DNA from: Thermodesulfobacteriota bacterium
GTDB lineage: Bacteria; Desulfobacterota; Desulfobacteria; Desulfobacterales; SURF-7
Direction of reading: 5' to 3'
Length of the DNA stretch: 64,000 nt
NCBI GenBank assembly: GCA_049320885.1
Contig: JBMORA010000009.1
Span: forward strand, 352,001-416,000
A model generated the notes under the pieces. The model saw only the letters and a program-made list of their open reading frames with translations. It was not told where the DNA came from and made no database searches. Shown piece after piece: positions 19,282 to 29,357 of the stretch (within the stretch, counting starts at the first letter, position 1; every line of letters starts with the position of its first letter). Both the position numbers and the translations under genes were made by a program.

Positions 19282-20556
19282 TCACGGTTGGTCCACTACC
19301 CCATGGTTGTTTGCAGGCACCGGAATATCGCGGCCAAAAACAGCAAATCCAATGGTGCCGAAGACCCCGCAGATAAATGCGGTAAGGAGATTCGTTTGCG
19401 GGCTGATTTGCCACAAGAAGGCGCCGCCCAGGGCCGCCAGGGAAACAACACTATCACGGATCAGATAATACAGGCCGAACATGCCCGCCTTGCAATGATC
19501 CGGAGACAGATCCATGATCAGCGCCTTGCGGGTGGGTTCGCCGAATTCTTTCAGCCCTCTCAAGATGAAGGCGACGATCAGCCACTCGAAGTCGCGGCTG
19601 AACAGCAGCACCAGGGGAAACAGGGTGAAGAAGACGAAGGTCGTCAGGACAAACGGCTTTTTGGCGCCGCGGTCGGCCAGGTAGGCCACGGGGATGTAGA
19701 CAAGCACCGCCGTGGTCATTTCGATGGCGGTCAGCAGGCCGAACCGGACGGCAGAAACCGGCTGGGCAATGGTCTTCATGCACCAGATCACCACGAAGGC
19801 ATAGGGAATCTGCTCGCAAAAACGGATGAGAATGTCGGTTGCCAGCAGGTTTTTCATGGCCGGATTCATCAGGCGCAGCAGTTTCAGCGGATTTTTCCCC
19901 GGACTGAGAGCGTTGGTTTCGGAGGCGGGATCATTGCGGGGCGTGTCGTCCTCGATCATCCGCTGTTGTAAAAACAGGGCGGCAACGGCCATGGCAAGGG
20001 CCGCTCCGAAGGCGAGGCGGACGCCAACCTGTTCGCCCCAGACATGGATAAGGACACCCCCAAGCAGGGGGCCGAGGGCCATGGGGATGCGATTCACCAG
20101 CGAATGCATGCTGACCCCCATGGTGCGCTTGTTCAGTGGCAGCACCTTGTACATCAGACTCATGGTGGCCGGCAGGGATATGGACGACCAGGAAATGAAG
20201 AGTACCGCGCCGATGAGCACAGCCTGCCAGGCCGGGGCCAGGATCACCAGGGCGAAACCGGCCATGGCCACCAGGTTGAAAATCAGCAGCGACTTTTTTG
20301 TGCCGATACGGTCGGACAAATATCCGCCGGGAAAGGAGTAAAGGGCCGACAGCAGGTTGTCCATGGCCTGCAGCAAGCCGATGGCCAGCGCTCCGCCCCC
20401 CAGGGCCAGCATGTAGATGGGCAGGAAGCGCTCGGCCATGCGCTCGCCCATGCCCACCAGCACCACCATGGACAGCACGCCGACGGTGCCGCGCTGCAGG
20501 CCGAGAAAATCGGTAAGCCTTGAGGCGCGGGTTTTTATGGGTTCGGAAGTGGACAT
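19282..20556 (-). CDS. MFS transporter
   Basis: GGYLSDRIGTKK motif A and its C-terminal repeat, ~12 TMs. Confidence 0.88.
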   Translation of the reverse strand: MSTSEPIKTRASRLTDFLGLQRGTVGVLSMVVLVGMGERMAERFLPIYMLALGGGALAIGLLQAMDNLLSALYSFPGGYLSDRIGTKKSLLIFNLVAMAGFALVILAPAWQAVLIGAVLFISWSSISLPATMSLMYKVLPLNKRTMGVSMHSLVNRIPMALGPLLGGVLIHVWGEQVGVRLAFGAALAMAVAALFLQQRMIEDDTPRNDPASETNALSPGKNPLKLLRLMNPAMKNLLATDILIRFCEQIPYAFVVIWCMKTIAQPVSAVRFGLLTAIEMTTAVLVYIPVAYLADRGAKKPFVLTTFVFFTLFPLVLLFSRDFEWLIVAFILRGLKEFGEPTRKALIMDLSPDHCKAGMFGLYYLIRDSVVSLAALGGAFLWQISPQTNLLTAFICGVFGTIGFAVFGRDIPVPANNHGVVDQP

Positions 20557-20567
20557 GGTGTTGTTCC

Positions 20568-21005
20568 CTATGACTCCCTTTTGGCAACATCCAGCCGGCA
20601 CCAGGCATACAGGGCGTCGTAGACCTCGAACTGCCTTTCGATATTCTCCCGGTCGTCCGGAAACCGCAGGCCGTAGCCCACGGCGATGGCCTCGAAACCG
20701 GCCGCGAGGGGATCGGCATCCAAGCGGCCGGTGTCGGCCGCGTTGATCACCTTGGCCATACGCAGCAGGGCCGCATCCGTCAGGCGGTAATCCTCAATGA
20801 TCGCATCGAAGGTGCAACGGTCATTCCGGTGGTGCAGTCCGGCTCCCTCGGTGTCAAAGGGTATCGCGCCGGTTTTTTCGGCGATTTCCATCACCTTGCT
20901 TTTGGGAACGAAAAGAAACTCGGCATCCGAATCGACGAACCGGGTGATCAGCCAGGGACAGGCCACGCGATCCACGTGGACATGGGATCGGGTTATCCAT
21001 TTCAT
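20568..21005 (-). CDS. chrF: ChrF/ChrB-C chromate-resistance family protein
   Basis: MKWITR...VDRVACPWLI.RFVD...H....CTFD..I. Confidence 0.82.
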   Translation of the reverse strand: MKWITRSHVHVDRVACPWLITRFVDSDAEFLFVPKSKVMEIAEKTGAIPFDTEGAGLHHRNDRCTFDAIIEDYRLTDAALLRMAKVINAADTGRLDADPLAAGFEAIAVGYGLRFPDDRENIERQFEVYDALYAWCRLDVAKRES

Positions 21006-21049
21006 TGGTGTGCTCCTATTGTTTTTGGGCTCCGAAATTAGCCAGGGTT

Positions 21050-22033
21050 TTATTTGGCAGGGTCTCGCCTTCGCCTTTTGAAATACGAGTATAGATTATC
21101 AAAAAGATGATATCCTTCCGTCATCCGCCGGTCATCATCCGGATGCGCGGCCGTCAGCCCCGTAAGGAGGGCTTCAAGCCCGGAGATTTCGCTTCGGCCG
21201 TATTTACCGTCTTTCAGGTCGAGGTCGTGGACAATTTCGGCCATGGGGACCACTGCATGGTCCTGCAGTTGGAGACGTTGGATCATGACCTCGAAAGTGC
21301 AGCGGTCCCCTTCGTGGGTGTATTCCCCTTCGAACATATCAAACCGGATCTCGCCTGGACCAGGGCGATAGCGCGGCTCACGAACAAATTTGAATGCCGC
21401 CGCCGGATCGACGAACCGGCGGATCAGCCAGCCGCAGGCGATCCGGTCGACGAAAAGGTTGGCGCGGGTTACCCAGGTTTTTCCCGTCAAGTCTTTGATT
21501 TCTTCTGTGGCGGAACGGTCGGCGGGCGGCTGCCCGGACAAACGGCTTTCCAATTCCCTGAGGTGCAATTCCGCGGTGGAGCGATCCGGTGCCTGGAAAA
21601 AATCGATGGCCGATATTTCGTCCAGCCGTCGCTTCAATCTAGTCAACTGGGCCGCTCTCTTAACAGCGGGGTCCCGGGGATCGCTTTCTGTGGATGACCA
21701 CTCGGTGAGCAAGGCTTTGGCCTCCTGGATCAGTTTCTCGTAGTCCGATTTGCGGGCATTATGGAACAGCGTGAGTATCTGATTGTCCGAAAGGCCCTCC
21801 ACAAAGCGCGCCTCTAAAAGGGAGCCATCCCCGCCGCCCGCGACAATTTCCTTGAGGGTCCAGCTCAAATCCTCCCGTGCTATTTCTGACAGGGGCATTA
21901 CATACACCGATTGCTTGATCGCCACAGCCCCCACTTGTTGCAGGCGCCTCCAGATTTTCACGCGCAGGGCGTCGGGCTTCGGAGGGATTTGATGGATCAG
22001 CAAAAGCCATTTTCTTGTATCAGTAGATGTCAT
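21050..22033 (-). CDS. chrB: chromate-responsive regulator ChrB
   Basis: N-terminal WLLL..Q.P...RV..WRRL domain plus WVTR..VDRIACGWLIRRF.D C-terminal domain. Confidence 0.88.
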   Translation of the reverse strand: MTSTDTRKWLLLIHQIPPKPDALRVKIWRRLQQVGAVAIKQSVYVMPLSEIAREDLSWTLKEIVAGGGDGSLLEARFVEGLSDNQILTLFHNARKSDYEKLIQEAKALLTEWSSTESDPRDPAVKRAAQLTRLKRRLDEISAIDFFQAPDRSTAELHLRELESRLSGQPPADRSATEEIKDLTGKTWVTRANLFVDRIACGWLIRRFVDPAAAFKFVREPRYRPGPGEIRFDMFEGEYTHEGDRCTFEVMIQRLQLQDHAVVPMAEIVHDLDLKDGKYGRSEISGLEALLTGLTAAHPDDDRRMTEGYHLFDNLYSYFKRRRRDPAK

Positions 22034-22046
22034 GACAACCTCGTGT

Positions 22047-22089
22047 ACAAATGTAACATATCAATGAAACAGTTGTTACAATTTGTCAA
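22047..22089 (-). promoter_or_regulatory. chrB promoter/operator
   Basis: Imperfect inverted repeat ACAAATGTAACA...TGTTACAATTTGT overlapping a minus-strand TTGACA (22084-22089). Confidence 0.6.
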
Positions 22090-22294
22090 GGAAATATTTT
22101 TTTCGCAGCCGGAAAGGAAGACCGACAACCCGTCGATAGCGTCGGCTGGGAGGGCGTCGGCAGTCGCTTTTGCGCGCCTCTTCGCATACAGGCACTCGCT
22201 GTACAGCAACCCGCTGGCGGTTTTGTTATTATAATGACTACCCGGAGTCATTTGTTTTCCCTATGTTATCTCGCTTTCCAACGGCTTTTGAGCA

Positions 22295-22311
22295 TTGGCA
22301 CGCTCTATGCT
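22295..22311 (+). promoter_or_regulatory. sigma54 -24/-12 promoter
   Basis: TTGGCACGCTCTATGCT, GG-N10-GC, 75 nt upstream of DUF5320. Confidence 0.7.
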
Positions 22312-22385
22312 GTACAATAAGGCATGGCTGCATGTTCGGAAAACCGGAGGTATCGCAGCCTGAACTCCGGAAGAAAGGAGGCGAT

Positions 22386-22760
22386 ATGCCAAGAGGAGAT
22401 CGTACAGGACCTTTGGGAATGGGCTCGATGAAGGGCCGTGCATCCGGGTATTGCGCGGGCTATGGGATGCCGGGATACGCGAATTCGGCTCCCAGAAGGG
22501 CTTTTGGGAGAGGCCGCGGCTCATTCGGCGGGTATGGCGGCGGGGGCCGGGGATGGCGGCATATGGTTTATGCCACCGGACAACCCGGCTGGATGCGCGG
22601 GGCGGGAGCCGGTTTTTACGGCACCCCGGCGCCCTATCCGGCCATTGATCCGGCGATGGAAAAACAGGCGCTGCAGAACCAGGCAAGCGCACTGAAGGCG
22701 GAACTGGATTCCATCAACAGGCGTCTTGCCGAAGTCGAAAAAGGCATGGAAACCGAATAG
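22386..22760 (+). CDS. DUF5320 family Gly-rich protein
   Basis: MPRGDRTGP.GMG...GR..GYC; C-terminal coiled coil; RBS AAGGAGG. Confidence 0.85.
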   Translation: MPRGDRTGPLGMGSMKGRASGYCAGYGMPGYANSAPRRAFGRGRGSFGGYGGGGRGWRHMVYATGQPGWMRGAGAGFYGTPAPYPAIDPAMEKQALQNQASALKAELDSINRRLAEVEKGMETE

Positions 22761-22860
22761 CCGTCATCGATGGGTTCGTGACAATGGCCGCGCGCATCCG
22801 GAATGCAGTGCGGCTATTGTTTTTGCTTTCGATTCGTACCTCATCCGACAGGATATACGG

Positions 22861-23763
22861 ATGGCCAAGGAAACCACACAAACGAGCTGCGACGCCTGTG
22901 GAGATAAAAGCTGTTCCGCCGCTAGTCGCAAGAAAGACGAGAGCCAGGAGGAATTTGAAGACCGCCGGAAGCTCCAATCCAGACTCTGTCGTATCCGCCA
23001 TAAGGTCGCCGTGCTCTCCGGCAAGGGCGGCGTCGGCAAAAGCACGGTTTCGGTGAATCTTGCCGTCGCATTGATGATGGCCGGAAAGCGGGTGGGATTG
23101 CTGGATATCGATATCCATGGTCCCAGTATTCCGACCATGCTGGGGCTGGAAGCACAGGCGCTTCAGGGCTGCGAGGAAGGGGTGCTGCCGGTTCAGGCGG
23201 ATGGGATAAAAGTCATGTCCATCGGCTTCCTGTTGCAGGGCCCGGACGAAGCCGTGATCTGGCGAGGCCCCAGGAAAATGGGGGTGATCAAGCAGTTCCT
23301 GAAGGATGTGGTGTGGGGGGATCTGGACTACCTGATCATCGATTCCCCGCCGGGAACCGGCGACGAACCGCTCTCCATCTGTCAGCTCATCGGTCGGCTG
23401 GACGGAGCCGTCATCGTCACCACCCCGCAAAAAGTGGCTGCCGTGGATGTGCGCAAATCCATCACTTTCTGCAGGCACCTTGAGGTTCCGGTGCTCGGCG
23501 TCATTGAAAACATGAGCGGATTCGTCTGCCCCAAATGCGGCGAGCTGACGCCGATACTGCAAACCGGAGGTGGACTGAAAATCGCTGTGGATATGGCGGT
23601 TCCTTTTCTGGGCGCCATCCCCATGGACCCGAAAGTCGCCGAGGCTTGCGACAAGGGCCTGGCGTTCGTTCAGCACTACTCCCAAACGCCGACCGCCGGC
23701 ATCATGCGGGAGATCATTCAGCCGCTGATGGCCGTCATGGAACAGCCCCGAAGTATAAGATAA
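22861..23763 (+). CDS. Mrp/NBP35 (ApbC) Fe-S carrier ATPase
   Basis: SGKGGVGKST, WRGP, DSPPGTGD, ENMS...CPKC. Confidence 0.93.
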   Translation: MAKETTQTSCDACGDKSCSAASRKKDESQEEFEDRRKLQSRLCRIRHKVAVLSGKGGVGKSTVSVNLAVALMMAGKRVGLLDIDIHGPSIPTMLGLEAQALQGCEEGVLPVQADGIKVMSIGFLLQGPDEAVIWRGPRKMGVIKQFLKDVVWGDLDYLIIDSPPGTGDEPLSICQLIGRLDGAVIVTTPQKVAAVDVRKSITFCRHLEVPVLGVIENMSGFVCPKCGELTPILQTGGGLKIAVDMAVPFLGAIPMDPKVAEACDKGLAFVQHYSQTPTAGIMREIIQPLMAVMEQPRSIR

Positions 23764-23794
23764 CAAAACGTCAAAACAAGGAAAGGCGTGGGAT

Positions 23795-24631
23795 TTGAAA
23801 GACGAACGCGTACGCATCACCATCCTGGTCGACAATCAAACGTTTCCGGATTTGACCGCCGAGCATGGGCTGTCCCTTTGGATTGAAACCGGCGGAAAAC
23901 ATCTTTTGTTTGATACGGGGCAGGGAATCGCGTTGAAATCCAACGCCCGGGAGCTGGGCGTGAACCTGGCCGAGACCGATATGCTGGTATTGAGCCACGG
24001 CCATTACGATCATACCGGCGGAATCACCGACGTGTTGGAATGCGCCGGCCACAGCGAGATTTTTTGCCATCCCGGGGTGATGAAACCGCGGTACAGCATT
24101 GTGAACAGGAAGGCGAAGCCGATCCAGATGCCCTGGGAGCAGATGGCGGCCATTGACAAGCTTCCCGCGAATCGTCTTCACTGGGTTTCACAGCCTGTTT
24201 CCATATCCCCGACCGCGGCGTTGACCGGTCCGATCCCCCGCAAAACGGAATTCGAAGACACCGGCGGGCCTTTTTTTCTGGATCCGGACGGCAGGCGCGG
24301 CGATCCCCTGGATGATGATCTCGCCCTGTATATCGTCACAAAGACCGGCCTGATCGTTGTGGTCGGTTGCTGCCACGCCGGCCTGGTGAACACCCTGCAC
24401 CATATCCAGAGCCTGACCAACGGCGCTGCCATACGCGCTGTCATCGGCGGTTTCCATTTATTGAATGCCGACAACCGTCGGTTGGCGGGCACCATCGCCG
24501 CATTGCAGTCCGTAAAACCGGAAAAAATTGTTCCCTGTCACTGCACCGGCGAAAAGGCTGTCATAAAAATTCAGACGGCCTTGGGCGAACGGGTTGCGGT
24601 GGGAGCGGCGGGGATGGTTTTCGAGTTCTGA
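23795..24631 (+). CDS. MBL-fold metallohydrolase
   Basis: EHGLS, FDTG, SHGHYDH, GCCH, GGFH, HCTG. Confidence 0.9.
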   Translation: MKDERVRITILVDNQTFPDLTAEHGLSLWIETGGKHLLFDTGQGIALKSNARELGVNLAETDMLVLSHGHYDHTGGITDVLECAGHSEIFCHPGVMKPRYSIVNRKAKPIQMPWEQMAAIDKLPANRLHWVSQPVSISPTAALTGPIPRKTEFEDTGGPFFLDPDGRRGDPLDDDLALYIVTKTGLIVVVGCCHAGLVNTLHHIQSLTNGAAIRAVIGGFHLLNADNRRLAGTIAALQSVKPEKIVPCHCTGEKAVIKIQTALGERVAVGAAGMVFEF

Positions 24632-24649
24632 GAAACAGTCGCGGGCTGT

Positions 24650-25507
24650 TCAATCCAGGATGACGGTTTGAACGGCCCGGCGGATGTGGGTGACGATTTC
24701 CGAAACCTGCGTAGCGGGTGTCGGATCGGCATATCGTCCTGCCAGGCGGTTGATTTTCGCGGCGGCGTTGGCGGCCACAGCGGTGGGCATTCCCGCATCC
24801 ATGAGGGCCGCGGCAATACCGGTTACCGTGTCGCCGGTTCCGCCGATGGGTTCAAGCGCCGCAACAGACGGGTCATCGATGACGAAGCGAATATCGCCGT
24901 CTTCTGCCACGTAATCCTTTTTCCCCTTCACCAACAGACATTTTGCCGCGTTTTGAAAGCGGTAGGCGCGTGCGATCATTTCAGGTACCTGGTCCTCCAT
25001 ATGCAGAATGAATCCGCGCGTGTAAAACGGGTGCGGGGCCTTCTCATCAGCCAGAAAAGCCAATTCTCCCACATCGGGAGTAAACAGGTGGTAAGCTGAA
25101 GCTTGGCCGCTCATTTTGGCGGCGTACATGAAGCCTGCATCGGCGACGAGACGGGCTCGGGGACACTCTTCCGCAAAAGACAAAAGAACCCGGTTATGCC
25201 AGTCCACATCCGGCTGGAGGTAGTGAAACACAACGACGCCGCCCGGCATCAGGCGTCCGATGTTTTCATCGAGATACCGGTATAACAGACGGCTGCCATC
25301 ACCTAAACCGACATCGCCCGCAAGACAGACCAACGGCATCGGCTTGCCCAGGGTGCGGCAGGCCTGGATGGCCGCGGCTATCAGTGCGGGGGTTCCCCGG
25401 TTGATGCGAAAACTCCTGCCGCTGATGAAGATATGTCCGGCATCCATTTCTGCCGCTCCCATCACCAGCGGGCAGCCCGGTTCCGGGACAGTGCCTACGA
25501 TGAACAT
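24650..25507 (-). CDS. ribokinase-fold / carbohydrate-kinase-like protein
   Basis: ADAG, TPDVGE, LVKG, GGTGDT motifs. Confidence 0.75.
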   Translation of the reverse strand: MFIVGTVPEPGCPLVMGAAEMDAGHIFISGRSFRINRGTPALIAAAIQACRTLGKPMPLVCLAGDVGLGDGSRLLYRYLDENIGRLMPGGVVVFHYLQPDVDWHNRVLLSFAEECPRARLVADAGFMYAAKMSGQASAYHLFTPDVGELAFLADEKAPHPFYTRGFILHMEDQVPEMIARAYRFQNAAKCLLVKGKKDYVAEDGDIRFVIDDPSVAALEPIGGTGDTVTGIAAALMDAGMPTAVAANAAAKINRLAGRYADPTPATQVSEIVTHIRRAVQTVILD

Positions 25508-26058
25508 TGTCGGACCATTTCTTCGTAGGCCAGCTGCAGGGCGTAGCCACAGAGGGTATGACCGATTTCTTTTGGTTCGGGGGCTTCCCGCAAGGTCTTT
25601 CCCACCAGTTCCCCGGCCAGAAAAGGCACATCCGGACATCCGCCGCCCGAAATATTCACGATGAGCCGTGAGGATTTTTCGATGCAAATTTTCATGTTGG
25701 CGGCGCGGACCATCAGGTAGGCGCCGAAATCGGTGATTTGATACAAATCCACCGGTTTCAACAGCACGTCCGTTACCGGTACGGTTTCCAGGGGGGTGAT
25801 TCCATTTTCGGCAAGCGTCCGAAGAATATTGAGCTTTTCCATCAAGGGGAATTCAATCACCAGATCGCATCCCCGTTGAATTTCCGCCGGCGGCCCCATG
25901 ACCCGGATAAGCCAACCCGCCTTCCGGAGGCCTTTTTCCGCCCGGATGACTTCCGACGTGTTTTCGAACACCAGAATTCCGCGATCCGTCTGTAACCGGT
26001 TTTTTTCAGGTGCGACCGGCCCTTTTTTTTCCTGCTTTTTAAAGGAAAAAAGGGACAT
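25495..26058 (-). CDS. DUF3343 domain protein
   Basis: F.NTSEVIRAEK.L...P..I..GC motif; GGGCPD and TLC in the C-terminus. Confidence 0.75.
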   Translation of the reverse strand: MSLFSFKKQEKKGPVAPEKNRLQTDRGILVFENTSEVIRAEKGLRKAGWLIRVMGPPAEIQRGCDLVIEFPLMEKLNILRTLAENGITPLETVPVTDVLLKPVDLYQITDFGAYLMVRAANMKICIEKSSRLIVNISGGGCPDVPFLAGELVGKTLREAPEPKEIGHTLCGYALQLAYEEMVRQCSS

Positions 26059-26060
26059 GG

Positions 26061-26279
26061 TCAGCCTTTATGGATCGTCAATCGGTAGCCCTGGTTGTCC
26101 GGTTGCAGATCGGCGACCCGAAACCCCTTACTTGTCGCCGCCCGCGTGACGTTTTCCCTGGAGGTGTCCGTATCCACCAGGATGATAAATTCGGTATCCG
26201 ACCCGGATTGAATGGCATCTAATGTCATGAGCACCGGTTGCGGGCAAGACAAGCCCCTGGCGTCGATTGTGGTCGTCAT
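26061..26279 (-). CDS. TusA/YedF-family sulfur/selenium carrier
   Basis: IDARGLSCPQPV motif. Confidence 0.9.
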   Translation of the reverse strand: MTTTIDARGLSCPQPVLMTLDAIQSGSDTEFIILVDTDTSRENVTRAATSKGFRVADLQPDNQGYRLTIHKG

Positions 26280-26295
26280 TTTTCCAGCTCCTTTC

Positions 26296-27390
26296 TTATT
26301 TTGAGGCATTCCGCATGGAAAAGCCGATAAACAGGCATGTCAGCATGCCGATGATCACCGCCGCCACGCCATGGGGGCCAACCCCTTCGGGCGTGCTGGC
26401 CAACCCGAAATTATGGGAGATGGCAGCTCCCACGATCATGCCGAGCACGAATACCGCCGCATCTCCATCCCCCTCGCCCGCCAGGAAAAGTTGGCGTCCG
26501 GGGCATCCCCCGGCCAAGGCAAAGGCCAGTCCGGCCAGCATCATGCCGGAAAAATTCCAGGCATGCTGGGTGTGAGCCACCGGCTGTCCGATGAATCCCG
26601 GTTTGAATTGTCCGAGCAATACATTTGCGATGAAAGCGGCGGCCACGAGTGCGATCAAGCCGCTGAACAGATGCAGATGACGAAAAAGGAGGAGGTCCCG
26701 CAATGCGCCCATGGTGCAGAACCGGCTGCGCTGGGCCAGAAATCCTATGGTAAGGCCCGCCGCCAGGGAAACCGTCAGGGGAGCGTGCATGGCGCCCGGG
26801 CCCGTGACGCTGTAAAACAGAATCCCGCTGTTGGGCAGCTCTTTGATCCGGGGATAGATCAACAGTAACGCCAGCAACCCCAGTACGATCATCGGCATCA
26901 TCCAGCCTACCGCCGCATGCGTGTTCTGGCTGCGCCCTAGGTTATACCCGTTTTTTAAAAACAGGGTCCCGATCCAGATGCCGAATGTAAGGCCCGCCAG
27001 GCCGAAAATAGCGTTACCGTCGCCACCGGCCAGGCGCAAGGCCGCCCTCCATGGGCATCCCAGGAAAACGAGAGCCCCCACCATGGCGAGGGCGCCGAGA
27101 ATGAAACGCACAATCGGCGCTGATCCGGCGCGCGGGCGGTATTCCTTGAACAAATAAGCGGCTGCCAGCGAGCCGATGACAAAACCGATGATTTCCGGCC
27201 GGATATATTGCACCACCGCGGCGCGGTGCAGTCCAAGGGCTCCGGCAATGTCCCGTTCAAAACAGGCTACGCATATGCCCATATTGCCCGGATTGCCCCA
27301 TTTCTGCAGTAAAGCCGCCAGAATTCCGATGGCCGCGCCCACGCTGACGATTCCCCAGCGACTGGCAAAAAAGCGTTTGATTGCATCCAT
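26296..27390 (-). CDS. YedE-related selenium-associated membrane transporter
   Basis: GNPGNMGICVACFERD, FLGCP, RFC, GGCP motifs. Confidence 0.85.
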   Translation of the reverse strand: MDAIKRFFASRWGIVSVGAAIGILAALLQKWGNPGNMGICVACFERDIAGALGLHRAAVVQYIRPEIIGFVIGSLAAAYLFKEYRPRAGSAPIVRFILGALAMVGALVFLGCPWRAALRLAGGDGNAIFGLAGLTFGIWIGTLFLKNGYNLGRSQNTHAAVGWMMPMIVLGLLALLLIYPRIKELPNSGILFYSVTGPGAMHAPLTVSLAAGLTIGFLAQRSRFCTMGALRDLLLFRHLHLFSGLIALVAAAFIANVLLGQFKPGFIGQPVAHTQHAWNFSGMMLAGLAFALAGGCPGRQLFLAGEGDGDAAVFVLGMIVGAAISHNFGLASTPEGVGPHGVAAVIIGMLTCLFIGFSMRNASK

Positions 27391-27429
27391 GTCGTCTCTC
27401 CTTTGATATCCGAATTTCTCGGCGCAGGT

Positions 27430-27453
27430 TGTTATGAGCAAAAGTTCATAACA
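27430..27453. promoter_or_regulatory. palindromic operator upstream of the YedE cluster
   Basis: TGTTATGA-N8-TCATAACA. Confidence 0.45.
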
Positions 27454-27516
27454 TCGACGTCATGGATTTTTCCAATATTTAATATCTATGATCTGTTCCA
27501 TCTTCATCGAAATCTT

Positions 27517-28383
27517 CTATGATGAAGATCGGATGCAGGTTCGAGCGATGGCGGCGCTGCCCACGGCGCACCCCAGATCGCGGGCAATGACGGCGCATTT
27601 TGCTTTCAGCAGAAAAAAAATGGGTTTATCGCTGTCCGAGAGGGTCTCGTAGTTTCCCTGGCCTTTGGCGATAACAACATCAGCCTCCTGGAAACAGCTT
27701 TGGAACGCTTCCGAGCAGCCGGAAAGGATCGTTCCGGGCACATCCGAACCGTTGTCGATCACGTCGATTATCTTGGTCAGACCGGTATCCACCGCGTCGG
27801 CGAAGGTAGCGTCATTGATAACCGGCCGGCCCCTGACAACATAGGTGACCTTGTGGATGGGAAGCTGTTCGAGGAGCAGCCGGTCGAAAACAATCTCACC
27901 CGTGTTGTCTCCCAGATACAAAATGCGTCGGGCCTGCGCCACCGCTTCCCGCAGCTCCTGCACATTCCCGACCATGGATTCGGCCAATGCCGACTCAATG
28001 GTCTTCTGAATGACCATGTCATCGATTTCGGCGTTCACGCCGAAATCGATGATGTTGCCGGCGATGGCCAGGCGGACGGCGGTTTCAAACCGGTCCCTGG
28101 ACTCATCAACCATGGCCTGGAGGGAGGGATAGAGGGCCAAGGCATGCCGGTTGAAGCGGTCCTTGACTGCCCGGTACGGATCGTCGATACCGGAAACGGT
28201 TCGAATGATGCGATGGATGAGCTGGCCCATGATGGGCGGCGGCCGGCTCAAATCCATCCGGCTGACCGCGGCCAGCACCTCCCGCAGGACCGATTCATGA
28301 ATGCCTTCATCCGACGTTGCAAATCTCACTGCCTCCAACGTCTGGCGGATGAAACAGGGAATGCAGTCGTAATAGGTCTTCAT
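27517..28383 (-). CDS. DUF89/ARMT1-like damage-control phosphatase
   Basis: CIPC, GNIIDFG, DNTGE, INDAT, KGQGNYE. Confidence 0.9.
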   Translation of the reverse strand: MKTYYDCIPCFIRQTLEAVRFATSDEGIHESVLREVLAAVSRMDLSRPPPIMGQLIHRIIRTVSGIDDPYRAVKDRFNRHALALYPSLQAMVDESRDRFETAVRLAIAGNIIDFGVNAEIDDMVIQKTIESALAESMVGNVQELREAVAQARRILYLGDNTGEIVFDRLLLEQLPIHKVTYVVRGRPVINDATFADAVDTGLTKIIDVIDNGSDVPGTILSGCSEAFQSCFQEADVVIAKGQGNYETLSDSDKPIFFLLKAKCAVIARDLGCAVGSAAIARTCIRSSS

Positions 28384-28411
28384 GGCGCCGGTCCTGCTGG
28401 AAGAAAACGTT

Positions 28412-29287
28412 TTACAGGAGTTTTTCCTGTTTGAGGCGGTTCAGTATTTCGCAGGTGGATTGACTGCGGTCCATGGTATAAAAATGAAGTCCGGGAACGC
28501 CTGCTTTCAGCAGCTCCCGGCATTGTTCGGTGGCAAATTCGATCCCCACATTCTGGACAGCGTCCTTGTTGTCGGCATCCACGGCGTCCAATCGTTGCTG
28601 CAGTTTTTTCGTAATGGACGATCCGCATACGCTGGACAGCATTTGGGTCATTTTCACGCTGTAGACAGGCATAACGCCCGGTACGATCGGCGCCTGCACA
28701 CCCTTCGCCAGGCATTTGTCAACGTACTCATAATAGAAGGCATTGTCATAGAAATACTGGGTGACGACGTAATCGGCGCCGTTGTCCACTTTTTTCTTCA
28801 GGCAGGCGATGTCGTTTTCCAGGCTTTGCGCTTCGATGTGCCCTTCGGGATATCCCGCGCATCCCAGGGTGAAATCATAATGCTTCTTGATAAAAGCGAT
28901 CATGTCCGCGGCGTAGGGAAAACTATGGGGGTGCGGCGTGAATTCGGTTTCCCGGGGCTGGTCCCCGCGGATGACGAAAATGGTTTCAACGCCCAGCTCT
29001 TTGTATTTATCCAAAACGGCCCGGATGTCATCCGGCCCGAGGCCGAAACCGGCGATATAGGCGACGGTGGGCTGTTTCTTATCGATCATCACTTCTTTTA
29101 CGGTCTGATAGGAACCATCCCGGGTGGATCCCCCGGCGCCGAAGGTGACGGACATGTAATCCGGTTGATGAACGGCCAGCTTGTCGATCAGAGCGCCGAA
29201 TGTCGCCGCGGCTTTTTCGTTTCGCGGCGGGAAAAATTCCATTGAAATGACCGGTTTTTTGTTTTCGTACAGCCGGGTAACGCGCAT
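28412..29287 (-). CDS. metF: 5,10-methylenetetrahydrofolate reductase
   Basis: SMEFFPP, SVTFGAGGS, RGD, YPEGH, TQYF, LHFYT. Confidence 0.93.
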   Translation of the reverse strand: MRVTRLYENKKPVISMEFFPPRNEKAAATFGALIDKLAVHQPDYMSVTFGAGGSTRDGSYQTVKEVMIDKKQPTVAYIAGFGLGPDDIRAVLDKYKELGVETIFVIRGDQPRETEFTPHPHSFPYAADMIAFIKKHYDFTLGCAGYPEGHIEAQSLENDIACLKKKVDNGADYVVTQYFYDNAFYYEYVDKCLAKGVQAPIVPGVMPVYSVKMTQMLSSVCGSSITKKLQQRLDAVDADNKDAVQNVGIEFATEQCRELLKAGVPGLHFYTMDRSQSTCEILNRLKQEKLL

Positions 29288-29357
29288 AGGTCTTTTCCTT
29301 TCCGTGCTTCTTTACAGTTGATGTATTATATGGACGGCCTCAGATGCAAGCCGCAAC

